A stretch of DNA of 64,000 bases from Anolis carolinensis (lineage: Eukaryota): contig NC_085843.1 of NCBI RefSeq assembly GCF_035594765.1, forward strand, positions 26,489,955 to 26,553,954, given 5' to 3'. The notes beneath the pieces are model-generated. The model did not search any database. It was not told where the DNA came from and saw only the letters and a list, made by a program, of their open reading frames with translations. Position 1 is the stretch's first letter; each line of letters begins with the position of its first letter. A program made the translations under genes and the position numbers. Shown here piece by piece: positions 47,000 through 60,800 of the stretch.

Positions 47000-48867
47000 G
47001 TCTAGAGAACAAGCCCTATGAGGAGCGGCTTAAAGAACTGGGCATGTTTAGCCTGCAGAAGAGAAGGCTGAGAGGAGACATGATAGCCATGTACAAATAC
47101 GTGAAGGGAAGTCATAGGGATGAGGGAGCAAGTTTGTTTTCTGCTGCCCTGCAGACTAGGACAACAATGGCTTCAAACTACAGGAAAGGAGATTCCACCT
47201 GAACATCAGGAAGAGCTTCCTCACTGTGAGGGCTGTTTGGCAGTGGAACTCTCTCACCCGGACTGTGGTGGAGGCTTCTTGTTGGGGGTGCTTTGAATGC
47301 GATTTCCTGCTTCTTGGCAGGGGGTTGGACTGGATGGCCCATGAGGTCTCTTCCAACTCTACTATTCTATGATTCAAAAAGTCAAAATTCCTACCCACTT
47401 CAGCTTACTCACCCCAAGTATTATAGTGTTTAAATGTACATAGTACATACGTATAATTCATCAGAATGGGATGGCAAATAGTATATGTTTGTAAATTAGA
47501 TAATAAATTTTATGTCTTTTAAAACTATTTTGAAATAGTTCGTGAATGTATTCAACTTGTATTTTAGGGGGTAAATACATTTCATAAACATTTCATAATA
47601 TTCAAGAAGCCATAAGATAGATAGTAATGTTCAACCTGAAATTAGGAAACATTTTCTAAATGACTATTCTCATTTTCTGAAAGACTATTTGCAACTGCTT
47701 TTCTCTTATTCATTCTATCAACATCACTTCTCTTTGATATAATTTTAACTTTATTGTACATTTTTTGGGAGTCAGTTGAAAATCATGCCAAGCAGTCTTT
47801 ACTTTTACAAGAAGATGGCTAGCAACACAGAGGACTTTAAAATGCAGCTTTGACATATTGTCTCCTTTTACACCCTCCACTCAATATCATTTGTTGGAGT
47901 ACATGAGTGAGAAGGTGTCACTGTATCCATGCCCTACTTATAGGCTTTCCATTGGAGTGGCTGACTGACTGCTGTGTGGTGCAAATGCTACAGTGTCTGG
48001 GCTTTTCATCTGATACAGCAGTGCCCCTCTCAAGTTTTTAAAAGCTGCAAGTGCCTTAGAAGTATTTCTTGTCTCACTGGCTTTGTACAGATTCTGCTGG
48101 CTCCCTTTAGCTTAATGAAGACTGGGTTTTTTTTTGTTGGTTTATGGTGCAATGAATGGCATATTCTTTCAGATGTTTCCCACTTCTTTTAAAGCAATAT
48201 ACGATAACTGTTTATGTTTGGTGCAAGAGAACACAACAAATGAGCAGCCAGCCAGAGCATTTGACAGCTTGGAAGCAGGAGTCAAAGCCTTACGAGAGTC
48301 CAAGGAAGCCAAAGATGATGTACACAGAAGGCAGTCCCAAATGGACAGGAGCCTAAGGAATTCATTTAGAGTTCCTCCTTGCTTCAGAAATTTCTCTAGT
48401 TTCAGCAGTGTTGCCTGAAGACTTTCACAGTTCACCTTGGGTCAGGATCAAAGAGCCCCATGTGGGCTTTCAGATTTAATACGCCAGAACAAAGTATAAA
48501 GCTAGCACTAGCTATTAGAAAAAAAACAACTACTTCTATTTATTTTTTTATTTTTTTGAGTCTTAGAGTTCTGAATCCACACGAAGAAAAATTCTGATCT
48601 GCAAGTTGATTTGCAAGCAGAACAAATCATGGCAACATTGCCGTATCATTTTAGCCAATCAACCAGTGATGAATTAACTCAGATGACTTGCACGTTGTTC
48701 CTGCATCATGTTCACTTCATGCAAGAATTTGCCTGATGTATCCATGTCTGTACAGAGATTTCTATGTCTATAGCTAAAGAGACAGATATAGTTCAAAGAA
48801 ACCATTAGTTATTACTCAATACACATAGACATCAATACACATTAGGCATTATTAAAATACTATCAGT

Positions 48868-49110
48868 AGTGCATCCCTTATCCAAAATTTCAAAATCCAG
48901 AACTCAAAAATTAACCACTTGGATGGATGGGAAAGTGACACGTTTACTTTCTGAGGGTTCAGTGTGCATAAACCTGATTTCTTGGCCATAATTCTTTAAA
49001 ATATTGTATAAAATTGCCTTTGGGCTGTGGGTATAAGATGTATATGAAACACAAATTAATTTTGTAGTTCCCATCTTGAGATATCTCATTGTTTGCTATA
49101 TGCAAATACA
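48868..49110. mobile_element. Tigger-like MITE fragment
   Basis: gcatcccttatccaaaa...ctttctgagggttcagtg; same family as 15011-15282 in the opposite orientation. Confidence 0.6.
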
Positions 49111-50504
49111 GATATTATTTACCTATATGCAAATATAGTTTTTAAAAAAGCCAATTCGTACTGTGTAGTTGGGAGGAACATCACAAATGCTTTTATTTTT
49201 GTTTGCCATTTTCACAAAGGTTAAATCCTTCCAAATTTGAAAGAGAAATTTGGAAATGCTGGGATGAAGCCTGGACTATTTCATGGTTTCTTTAGCCTTT
49301 TCTCCCCTTCTTATTCCACAAAGATTAGCATTCAATCGCCTGCAAATGGAAGCTAGTGCAGAAGGCCTCACTTGATCTCACAGCGTATTTCTGCTGCTTT
49401 AATGTTTCCTAAGATAAAATATTATTGTCAACATTTGTACCCTATTTTCTCTTTTCTTGTACCTCATTTCTCTGTTTAGCTCCTTTTCAAGCATTTTACC
49501 CATATGGCTATAGCAATTCATCATTTATAGTTTGACTCCTTCCTCCTCTCCAGTTGGGACGTTGATCGTTCTATCAAGTAGCTCTTTTCCTTACCTGGCA
49601 CAAAGATTTTTCCTTCATCTCTCTTAGTCCTTTTGTTCTTGTACCTCCCATTGATTTAATTAAAGAACTGCCTATTCCATTTGACTGACAGCCATATATA
49701 TTCTCCTACACAATTGATTATTCTAACTCTTGCTTGTGTGTATTGGCTGCTGCTTCATTTTAGAGGGCCCTGCTTTAAATCTGTTACTTTTCTCCACTTG
49801 ATTATGATTTAAGAGTATGGGTCTCAAAATTCATATTATTACATATTGGTTCTGCATCCATGCTCATTATTTAGATGGACAAGGAAGGAAATATATCAAA
49901 GCAGGATTCACGAAGTGGGAGGAAAGTTTAGTGTTCCTTGATAGATGATTACTTAGGTTACTGATCAAGTAGCTACAGATTGCTCAGACTGGAATGCTAA
50001 AACTTGGGGGGGGGGAGAGAGGTGTTTATCAGGCCATCAAGCTGTTAGTTTAAGAAAGCTATTATTTGCTCCCCAGTTCATCATCTGGGCTGACTGACAC
50101 CAAGAAGTCTTTCTTCTTTGCCTTGTTAGGATAATAAAGAAGCATCCTGGATTCCTTCTAAATCATGCCTGCTCAACTGGTGGCTCTCCAGGTGTTTGGG
50201 ACTCCAACTCCCAGGAACCCTAGCCAATTTGTCCAATGGTTTGGAATTTTGGGAGCAACATCTGGAGGGGCACATGTGCAGGCCTGTTCTAAATGATTGG
50301 GAGGGTCAATAGTGATACAGGCTAAATTATTATAAATGAATTTTGTGTTTAGACTTGAGTCCTATCTCCAAGATATCTCATTATGTATATGCAAGTATTC
50401 CACAATCCAAAAACACCCAAACTATGCAACACTTTTTGTTCGAAGCATTTTGGATAAGTGATACTCAGCCTATATCACGATTGACTCTTCCAATCATTTA
50501 GAAC

Positions 50505-52063
50505 ATTTAGAAATGCTTGGGACCAAAAATGTTACATACTTTTATTTCTACCCCGCCTTTCTCAACCCTGGAGGGGACTCAAGGTGGCTTACATATAGGC
50601 AACTATTTGATACCTTAAAAACAGTGTACAATTCAAGTCGACGTTGCAAGAGAATTATAAAATACATTAAAAGAATTAAAACATTTAAAACAATACATTC
50701 ACAGTTAATCACGTAATCCACAAGCGTAAACCGGGCCATTGCAAGAGTCATTGCACATCAATCTATATATGTCTATTTCACAAGTTCTCCAAAGGCTTCG
50801 TCACAAAGCCATGTTTTTCTCCCTTACAGAAGGTTAAGAGGGAGGGGGCTGATCTAATATCCCTGGGGAGGGAATTTCACAGCTGAGGGGCCACCACTGA
50901 TTTTGGGGGTTTTTGGATTGTGGAATACCTGTATATACATAATGAGATATCTTGGAGATAGGACTCAAGTCTAAACACAAAATTCATTTATAATAATCAT
51001 CATCATTTTTATTTCTTGTCTGCCTCTCCTTGTGACTTGAGGCAGGCTACAACATTGCTAAAGCACACATTCATCTAAAATGTTCTTTAAAATACCCATA
51101 TTGAAACATATTTTTACAAAATACATATGAATACAAAAAATGAATGCAGAAAACAAAAATTAAACATAATATGTAAGTTTAGAATTAGTCATTAAAACTA
51201 TTTGGGTAGGGCTGTCAGAAGAGATAAGTCTTCACTTGTGTTTTAAATTGCGACAGTTGATCTAGCTGTCTGAGCTCTTTCAGCAGGTCGTTCCACAGTC
51301 ATGGGGCAGCCAATTAAAAGGCCCTCTGAGTGACGGTTGTCAGTCGGGTTCTGGCAGGCTGGAGCAGATGCCCTGCAGAGAACCTAAGTGTTTGGAAGAG
51401 ATTGTATGGGAGAAGGTGATTCTGTAGGTAACCTGGACACAAACCAAGTAGGGCTTTAGAGGTCAAAACCAACACTTTGTACTTTTGCCCAGAAACGAAT
51501 TGGCAGCCAGTGGAGTGACTTTAGGATAGGTGTAATAGTTCACTCCTGGATGATTCCGTAACTAATCTGGCTACTCTATTTTGAACCAACTGGAGTTTCC
51601 AAACTTGGCACAAAGGTAGCCCAATAAAAAGTGCATTTCAAAAGTCCAACCTTAAGGTTACCAGTGCAGGCACTGCCATCTTAAAATCCTTCAAATCTAG
51701 TAAAAGGGCTCAGCTGGCGGATCAGCCAACGCTGATAGTAAGCACTCCTGACCGTCGCACCTACTTGGACTGACATTTGGAGAACTGGGCCCAGGAGCAC
51801 TCCCAAGCTGCTAACAGTCTTTCAGAGGGAGTGTACCTCATCCAGAACTGGTTGACACACCTCCATCCCCAGAATTATGTTTTATATATGTCAGAGATTA
51901 ATTTTGTACACAATAATTTAAAAATAACTGTGTAGGAACCAAAGTTTTTGTACATTGAACCTTCAGAAAGCAAAGGTTTCACTTTCTCAGCAACCTGAGT
52001 TGACTGTATGGGTGTTTTGCAGTATTTTGGATTTTGGAATTTCAAATAAAAATACTCAAGCTG
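50505..52063. mobile_element. Tigger-like MITE split by two L2-type insertions (50540-50899 and 50998-51872)
   Basis: MITE segments aaatgcttgggacc (50511), 50900-50991 and 51876-52063 (gaaccttcagaaagcaaagg...tactcaagctg|ta) are collinear with the family of 15011-15282. Confidence 0.65.
50998..51872 (-). mobile_element. L2-type LINE 3' fragment
   Basis: (AAT/CAT) tail; aaaaccaacactttg...ggcagccagtggagt...aactggagtttcc are typical L2 ORF2 3' remnants; homologous to 4742-5062. Confidence 0.65.
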
Positions 52064-55000
52064 TATATTGAGAAAATTAATTGAAAGTCCTAGCAGGACC
52101 TGCAATGGAATATATTAGCCATGTTAAGTGCTAACTGACAAGAAACCATGTATTTTTTCAAGGTGTTTTGTTAATTGTGTGCATACACAGAGACACGCAT
52201 TCATCAGTTTAGGAAAGCTCCTTTTTGAACCATCAGGTTCCTTTGGCCAGTGCTTGTAACCCAAAAGAGTAACTTTCCCAAAAGTGCACTCTCTCTCCAG
52301 TTGGTATTTTTGTCTCTCCAGCAGTCAACCTTCTTTGGCCACAGGGCATGCTTAATTTGGCCAGGGGTTTTAGGAGTATCATAGGATGGTGTATGTATCA
52401 GATTGATAGCAGTATACCACCCAGTTGTAGTAAATGCGTTTTCATGCTAGCCAAAAGCTTTAATCAATTTTACTGTACTTTCAGTTTCAGTGCAATCAGG
52501 GACTCTTGCCTAGTTTATTAAAATATGTATTAGATTCAGTTTCTTTTCTTTGCAGTCATGGTGACTGCAGGGTGCCTTTTCTACACAGGAGTTCTTATCT
52601 GGATGGAAACATATTTGCAAATGAAACACCAGACCCATTACAGAATGTTTTGAAGAATTGAGCTGAATAAATAGGTGACCCTATAGAACTACTTATCATG
52701 ATTTCACAATTTGTGAAAGTATTCACTCTTAGGGCAAGAATCTGTATTCTTATCTTGAACGTCTTTCAGAAACCTACATATTGCAGAATATAGCTTTCTA
52801 CACAAAAAGATACATTTCAGCAATATTGTTAGAAGTAGTAGGATAATAAAAAAGAAAGAGATTATCTCAACTCAGTGTGAAATCAGAAGGTGAAAAGTTT
52901 TATTAGGTTCAAGCCAACAAAGAGACATAGTAGAAATCTAAAAGTCTTTTCTTATGCTACTGTGTATAAAAATTGTGCTAAATCTTACTGACTTCGTAAA
53001 TGAGTACAGCTTCCCTAATTTTGGTATCCAGAACATAATGTTTCAAGTGCAGCTTTCCCATTTCTCCTAGTATTGTGATTGAAAAATCCACAGATGCTCA
53101 TTGTTGCTTATTTTCTCTGATTAAGATACCTGAGAAGGGAAGTTGAGAACTATATTGAAAAAATCAGATTAAATACTCACTGAAGAGATACATACTTCAT
53201 GAATGAGGGCAGATTGAAAGTGATCACATAGAAATGATACATCTAAGATAAATGGAAAAGACAATAAAATAGCAACATATAAGTTGAAGCAGAAATTATA
53301 ATGGATTGTAAAATACAAAACCCACACATGCACATTCACACCTTAATGGGCCTCATTGCAAACATTTTGGTTTTCCCCCTAGCTCAGCACCAGTTCTTGA
53401 AATCCTCAATTTGCAATAGGAAATAAAGCAAGAAACACATTTGATACTTACCCTGTGTTTAATTGTCAATCTAATCCAGGAGCCATATTTTTAATTTGCC
53501 ACAACACAAGCATCCCATGGTGGCCCCAGGATGAGAAATCAAAATGACAACCCCTTTTGACACTCCAGTTGACACTGATGTCTTCATCAGACATGCTTTA
53601 AATGATTAAATAGTGCCCTTGTAGAAAGGTGTAGCTTGATTATATCTTAACTTTTCAACAATGTAACGGCCTAACGTTTTAGGCTGTATCTCTTTTATCT
53701 TTTGTGAACTATCTTGATTCCCAAATTGGGGAAAATAGCAGGATTTAAATGATCATGATCCCACCTGCCATTGCTGTAAGAACCGCAGGACAATCAGCAA
53801 CAAGAAGGAATGCATGCAGTAGAAGGAAAGCTATGGTGGACTTCTTCCGATCTAGAATAAACTCTTGCTTTAATTGTTGCTGTGCATTATATATGCTTCA
53901 TACCTATTGTAATGTATTTTGTACTCTTACGTCCGAACCTAGGTTCAGAGCACAGAGAAACTGTCCTCCAACTGAGAAATAGGTGTGATGACACCATGTA
54001 GAGTTATTGAAGGGACTTGAACTCATTGATAAATGGAGATGTGATAATTGGGGAGTGAAGTACTGAAGTCGGCTCTGCAAAAATCTGTTGTCAGGCAACT
54101 GAGCCATTATTTGATTTATTTATAAACCTAATCTGTATGGAACAGTTGTTAAATAGCTCTGTAATGCTATCTTTGTCCAGGTAGTTCTTTCTTCTAAACT
54201 GCATCTCTGAGAAAGCAATACTCCTGTTTGTATTGATTGCAGACCACTAATAACAGCAGTCTCGCATATTCATTAAACATATAGAAGACCTCTTAGGGTC
54301 ACCTGGACTAATTTTCTAGGTGAACATTGCTCTCATCTGCCCAATGCATATTCATCAAATTTTCATGAGAATGTCTTTTTCACAGAAAGATATTTATGCT
54401 TATAGTGTTTTTACTCTCACGGAGACACTCTAATTGGGCAACCATCCTTACTTGTAGGAGTTCATCATATTTTCATCTACACATTCAGCACAGACCTTCT
54501 CATTAACATCTGAGAGACATTCATTGCTGCCATTAAGTAGAACTAGCCTGAGGGACCAGGCTAGTTTCTCTGTGCATTTGTGTGGGAACTTCCACCCCAT
54601 AAGTTTGATGGGACCCAAAATATTCATTTGCCTAATTCATTTATGTAAGTAGATTACTTGCTTAAAACGTTTTGTCATAACCTTTAATTTCAGTAGGAAA
54701 AGCTCAAGACAGCTCACATGATGATCAACACTTTTAAAAGCTAGATCAACAGGCTATACAACCAGGAAACAGGAAATACAACAGAGTAACAAGCAGATAA
54801 TATAAATAAACTCAATGTGAAAGAATAGATGTAACAAAATTGGAAACACGAGATCTTTAGGTCTCTCAGAATCTGAAAAAGCTGAATGATTTTCCCTCAC
54901 ACCAGGACATTCCAAAATCTGGCTCCAGCAATAGAAATAGTATTTGGACAACAGCGCCCAAAACTGCCCCACCTTTCTTGGGATTTTGGAACCTAGAGTC

Positions 55001-57506
55001 TAAAATAGAATCAAATGATCATGAAGTTGAAAGGAACCTCATGGGCCATTGCGTCCAACATTCTGCTCAATGGAGAATCTCCAGCAGGTATCTGTCCAGC
55101 CTCTTTTTGAAGGTGTTCAAAGATGGAGCTCCTATTACCTATTTCAATTTCTGCAACAGATATTGTCTTACTGCAGATTACCATAAACAAATATCCAGGT
55201 CAAACTAGAATAAATTGTGTCATTGCAATTCACACACTTAAGTTTAAATGTTTAACCAGACACTTTTGTGGAGAGATTCCATGATGTGAGGGTAGGAGGA
55301 AAGATTCACCTCCTTGATTTTGTGGCTGCTATTTCAGATGAAAAACTAAGCTGCATTAATTGTAGTTAGATAGTTAATGTCAACTCTAGTTTGGTGCTTG
55401 GATGTTAGTAGGATGTGTGCTGATGGTCCAGAATATATCATATTTGTAGACAATTTAAAATAATTAAAACCATATACCTTCATTATCTTGTGTGTCACTG
55501 CTTACACTAACTCAGAAAAGAACATCATTGTTGTGTATCTCAAATGATAAAAATAGACAAAAAGGCTAAGGATACATGTACGTTCATGGCAGATGTAATT
55601 TTCAAATCAGAGGCTTTCTGGTCCATTACTCAATTTCTTAACAACTGTCGGACATCAGTTTTCATCAATGAAGAAGTTATATTCTTCATTTTAATCATCA
55701 AGCCAGATTTATTCTTGAAGCCATTGCTAGATTATGAATGGAAGGCTTAATTTGATTTTGTATGTGCGTGTTTGTGTGTATGCCCACTTCCAAGTTGCCC
55801 ATCAACTTATGACATCTCCTTGAATTTCATAGGGCTTTCTTAGACAAGGAATATTCAGATGTGGTTTGTCAGTGTTTTGATCAGACAGCATCTGGTGCCT
55901 TTAGAAAATTTTATACTATTTCAAATATAACTCTGACCTTGGTCAAGCTATTTCTATTTTTGCCAGTATTCTTCATTATAGATTCAGCATTATCGCTTGG
56001 TGTTCACAGTTCATCTGTTCCAATCAATATTCCTGGTTCTCGTTCCATTAGAAAAAATCATCCACATGTTCACTAATTTGGAAGATTCTTACATAAGAAT
56101 GTAGGAAGAGCTTTTTTGGTTCAGGCCAGAAACCCATGTAGTCCAATGTTCTGCTCAGGCAGTGACCAATCAGTCCTGTGGGAGAAGCATGTCAGTAGAA
56201 TAAGAGTGCTAGTATAGCAACTGATATGCAGAATCCTGCTACTTCTGATGTATCCGTATGTGTCTTCAGTTTGCCTGTTGATCTATGGTGACCTTATTAA
56301 TTTAATAGGATTTTCTTAGGCAATGAATACTCAGAGGTAGTTTTATTAGCTCTTTCCTCTGAAGTATACCCTACAGCATCTAGTATTCAATAGCAGTCTC
56401 CTGTCCCAAGTACTACCTGGTGTTGAGCCTGCTTAGCTTCCTAGATCAGAAAATTTTTAGGGTAGCATCCTTTACAAAAGAACTGCACCCAGTGGCATGG
56501 AAAACCTTTGGAACAAGATCAAAAGAGCTGTCTTGAATTTTTAGCCTTCTGAGGATGGGCTATAATGATTACCGTGATCACATCACATTGAAAGTTTCTA
56601 CTATATTTCTGGATTTTAGACTTGTGTTGACCAAGCCATAGTGTGTCTCTCCATTTTAATGTTGCTGTATTCAGGAGTTTTTAGATCAAAGAACGTTTCC
56701 CCAATTTTTAATGAGAGCCCTGCATTTGCTGCTTTCTTCTCTCTTCCCCCATGGTTGTCTGGGGCTTGCATTTTTATGTGCTGCTACTGGTGGCTCTGAA
56801 AAACATAATCTGAAAAAAAAATTACAATCAGTAATCAGAAAAACATTGTCACTCTGCTTTCTAATTATTTTTAATGCAATTATTCAAATTAATTGATTCT
56901 ATTATGGTCATTAATATTCCAGCTGCTAGAACAGCATGTAGATACATTCTCTGGACTTTTAATTTTCCCTCTTGAAATTTGTCAAGGTTGTTTCAGATGG
57001 TTTGGAAATGTACCTTGTCCTTGCTTCTCCACAGTTGTGCCACATTAAAGCAGGATTGGCAGAATAAATAGTTGCTGTTGTTTCTTATAGCAACCCTAAT
57101 GGAACCTATTATGAGCTTTTCTTGGCAAGATTTCTTCAAGGAGAATTTTTCTTTTGTCTTCCTCTAAGGCTGAGATATTGTAATATGCCCAAGGTCATCC
57201 AGTTAGTTCTCATGGCCAAGTGGGGGGTTTGAACCCTGGTCATAGTCCAATGCTCCAACCATTACATATTGTCTGTTTTCAGACACATGGTTTACAATAA
57301 GAGAATCAGAACTTGCAGTATCTGTTTTGTTTTTGTTTTTTGTAAGTTTGTGTCTCAGCTGAGTTAGATCTCAGCACTTTTTTTCTTAGATTTCATAGAA
57401 TTGTGAAGCTGGAAGGAGCCAAATGTTTCATATAGACAACCCCCTACCATACAGGAATGCCCAAATACAGCACTTTTGAAAGACCCCCGAAGCAGAAAAG
57501 TCCACC

Positions 57507-58972
57507 TGTCAAAAGTCAGATGCCAATGGAGAGCAAAAGAGAGTTTAATTCAGTTAAAGCCCAAAAAACAATTCAATAACCTAAAAATGGCTTAAAACAC
57601 TTAACATTCAGTGTTATTAAGCAGTCTAAACAAAGAAATGCCAAAAAGCGTGAATTGGCGAATAATCCGGATTAATCAGGAATATAATCCGGATTAAACT
57701 TAAAGTCCTTCAAATAAGGCCAAAAGTTCAGAGTGGACTTAGAAAGAACATACAAAGTAAAGTAAACAGCTTCGAAGCCCCAAAAAACCTCCTAAAGCCC
57801 AAAAATGCAGAAGCAACTTTGAACCCAAACAGGAATCCAAATCGGGCAGAAAAGCTCTCAACTGAGAGCAGCTAAGTAAACGGAGCTGAAGGACACTGGC
57901 AGGCTAGCGGCAACCGCTGCAGAGCAAAACGCCAAGCCAGGAGTTAAGGGAGCAGAGAGAGAAGCGTCATCAAGCCGGTCCGAGGTTGGGATGGGGAGAC
58001 AGCGTCAAACCACTGCAGGAGCGAAGCTCAAGCAAAGAGTTTAAAGGTGCAGGGCATAGAAGCATCATCAAGCCGGTCCGAAGTCGAAGTGGGGAGACAG
58101 CGTTAAACCGCTACAGGAGCGCAGGCCAAGCCAGGATCCCAATGAGCAGAGCGTAGAAGCGTCGTCAAGCCGGTCCGAGGTTGGAATAGGAGACAGCGTC
58201 AGGGTCAGGAAACAAGCCAGGAGTCAGGAGCAGAAAGCAGCATTTAAGGGCAAAGTGAAGAGCCGAGTCGAGTTCCAGTCCAAGATCCAGGGATTGAAGT
58301 CATCAAAAGGAGATCCACAACACGGAATGGCACAGAGAGCCAAAGCAACGAGGGCGAACAGCACATCTGTTGCAAAGTCCCAGTCCAGTCTTCAGTAACA
58401 CACACACAGGAAACCCAATGGTGCCCAGCAACACCTTGCCACACGCAAAGTATAATGGCCAAACATCCCCAATTTATCCAGGTCTCCCTGGGAGTCCAAA
58501 CCTCTAACACCCAAGGAACAGGTGTCCCAACTTCTTAATCCGAATCAGAGCTCCACACAGCCAACGCCCTTGGGTCCCAAATTCTTCATCAGAGTCCCAA
58601 TCATCTTGCCCACACCCAACTCTATCCACACCTGTGGACCCACCCTCATTCCTCCAAACAGACCAAGTGGGATCTGCTTCTGAAGGTACCCTAGCCTCTC
58701 CAGCATCAGCAGCATCCATGGGCCCCGATTCCTCTCCAAGCACCTCCGGTGCCCGTGCCCAGTCTGTGCCCACTTCCTCCGTTTCCACCTGTTCCCCAGC
58801 ATCCATTTCCACTTCAAGATCCCCACGTGAATCCTCCTCAGAAGACTCCCCATCAATTTCCCTGACCCTCTTCCTATGCAAATCCTCCAACGAGCCCTCC
58901 TCGCGAGGGTTTTTCCTTCCTCTCCTGATCCCACCACTATCATTCACAGCCTCTGAAGGTGCATTCACAACA
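57507..58972 (-). mobile_element. Large solo LTR (1466 bp), probably Gypsy
   Basis: TGTTGTG...TTGACA termini on the minus strand, perfect 5-bp TSD CCACC, ATTAAA near the 3' end, CpG-rich, acidic ORF in the first ~470 nt. Confidence 0.88.
57910..58202. repeat. 97-98-bp tandem repeat (x3) inside the solo LTR
   Basis: gaagcRtcRtcaagccggtccga...ggagacagcgt at 57961, 58059 and 58156. Confidence 0.88.
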
Positions 58973-60574
58973 CCACCCACCTTTCAGCAATCTGTTTTAA
59001 TGTTGAAAAATTATTACAGAAAGGGCATTCTTCCTAATGTTTAAGAGGAATTTCTTTTCTAGTCTCTGGAGCAGTCAAAAAATAAGCTTGCTCCATCTTC
59101 CAGATGTCCTCCCTTTAGATAGTTAAAGATCACTATAATCTCAGTCATCTCTCCTCCAAGCTATACATACCTAGCTCCCTAAGGTTTTCCTCACAAAGCT
59201 TAGTTTCCAGAGATGTTGCTATTACTTTTCATATGAAACATTTTTTGTGGCTCTCTGGTTTGCTACCCTGTGTGCATGCACTTCTGCTGAGCCCCATAAT
59301 TCACAGAATTAAGTGGCATAGCTGTATGGCAAACTGTACTAGCACAGTTTTTATCAGGTGGGGAAGAAGGAATTGCATGTTTTCTCTTTATCAGTAGTTT
59401 CATGACACATTAATTGTAAGTTGTGATAAAAATAACTTTGCAAAGCAATAGAGGTATAATTTTTTCATATAGTGAAATATTGGATTTGATGTAAAATTGG
59501 TAACCAAGGGAATCAAGTAAACATGAGATATCAGTTTGGAATGCTATTACAGGCAGTCCCCAAGTTGCAAACAAGATAGGTTCTAGAGGTTTGTTCTTAA
59601 GTTAAATTTATATGTAAGTCAGTCAGGAAAAAAGTCAGGCCAGTTTGGAAAAGTGGCTACATTCTAGAAGACAGAGCTGTGTGACATCTAGCTGGGCCTT
59701 TGTGCACTTCTAGCGAAGTTGTTGCCTTCCTGTGCTAAAAATACTGATGATACATGGAATGGTCAAAGAGCCCTTATGTCATTTGCATCTGGCAGCAAAA
59801 TGGTCTTGTTGTGTTTCTGGACTACCTGCTTGCGCTTTCATTGTGAACATCAGGGTCAATTACATATTTTACCTAATTTTCTGAAAGTGGAGGTACTCAG
59901 ACACCTATTCTTTTTTCTTGATTTTGCATGTTTCTCTGGGAAAAGTGAACATGGTTATTTCTAAAGATTGTTTTACAGTTGTGTCAGTAAAACAGATCAC
60001 GTAAAAGTGAGAAAGGATGATCTCTAATTGCCATCTGAGTCAAATTACTCTTATAAAATTGATTTACCATTTAGCAGATCTTTGAGGGGGAAATCCATAA
60101 AGAACATTAGGTTTAGTTCTGAAAGCTATCACGCTATATCATTATCTCAATAATGTATGTTGATTGGGTGATAGGAGAAGAAGCCCTACATTATTGCTAG
60201 ACTTTTAAAGCTTTACCTTCCTTGCCTTCTTAAATGTAGAGTCATGATAAACACTAGCTTTCCATTAAGTTAGAAGGGGTAACAGTTTAGTGCTCTGATT
60301 AATATTTGCATCCATATTAGTTAATGGCTGACATTTATAGTCTTGTAGGGAAAAGTAAACCCCCGCTATTGAAAAATCTGTTGCAGTGCATTTGCCTTTT
60401 GCCATTGGCACTGGATTCTGTAAAGAAGAGAGAGTTCATCAGAAAAATATTATGCCCTGTCTCATTCACGATCTTTTCTTGTCCTCCCCACACAACCCAT
60501 CTGTCATCATCACAAACATTTTACTAAATTACTCAGAATGGGAAATAAATTATAAAATCTGTATTAGAACCAGT

Positions 60575-60800
60575 GAGAACCAGTATGGTATAGTGGTTTG
60601 ACTGTTGGACCAGAACACCAGATTAACAGGTTTCAAATCCCCACTTGGCCATGGAAAATTTGGCTGGTCACATCATCTCAGCTTCAGAGGAATGCAATGG
60701 AAAACCTCCCCAAAACACACATTTCAAGATACCTCCTTGGTAGTTTTCCCTTGGGATTCCCATAAGTTGGGAACTACTTCATGGCACTCAACAACAATAA
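60575..60800 (+). mobile_element. Old tRNA-derived squamate SINE
   Basis: A-box tggtatagtgg and B-box-like ggtttcaaatccc, with a caacaacaa tail; opposite-strand relatives at 16065 and 57075. Confidence 0.6.

Larger units (their letters stand above)
46167..47374 (+). mobile_element. CR1 3' fragment interrupted by a hAT element
   Basis: [21 protein letters not shown]...VQRRATK | [26 protein letters not shown]; attctatgattc tail. Confidence 0.92.
57392..59215 (-). mobile_element. Old CR1 3' fragment interrupted by a solo LTR
   Basis: tcatagaat...gctggaagg (57392-57506) continues after the LTR with ttcttcctaatgttt...aagcttgctccatcttcc. Confidence 0.65.

Noticed and set aside
48134-48435. Overlapping ORFs on both strands (94 aa and 88 aa) as a possible DDX10 exon or new gene
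   Set aside because: No similarity to the expected next DDX10 exon (acidic AFLDWSDDD-like segment), no recognisable domain, and no convincing donor/acceptor pair.
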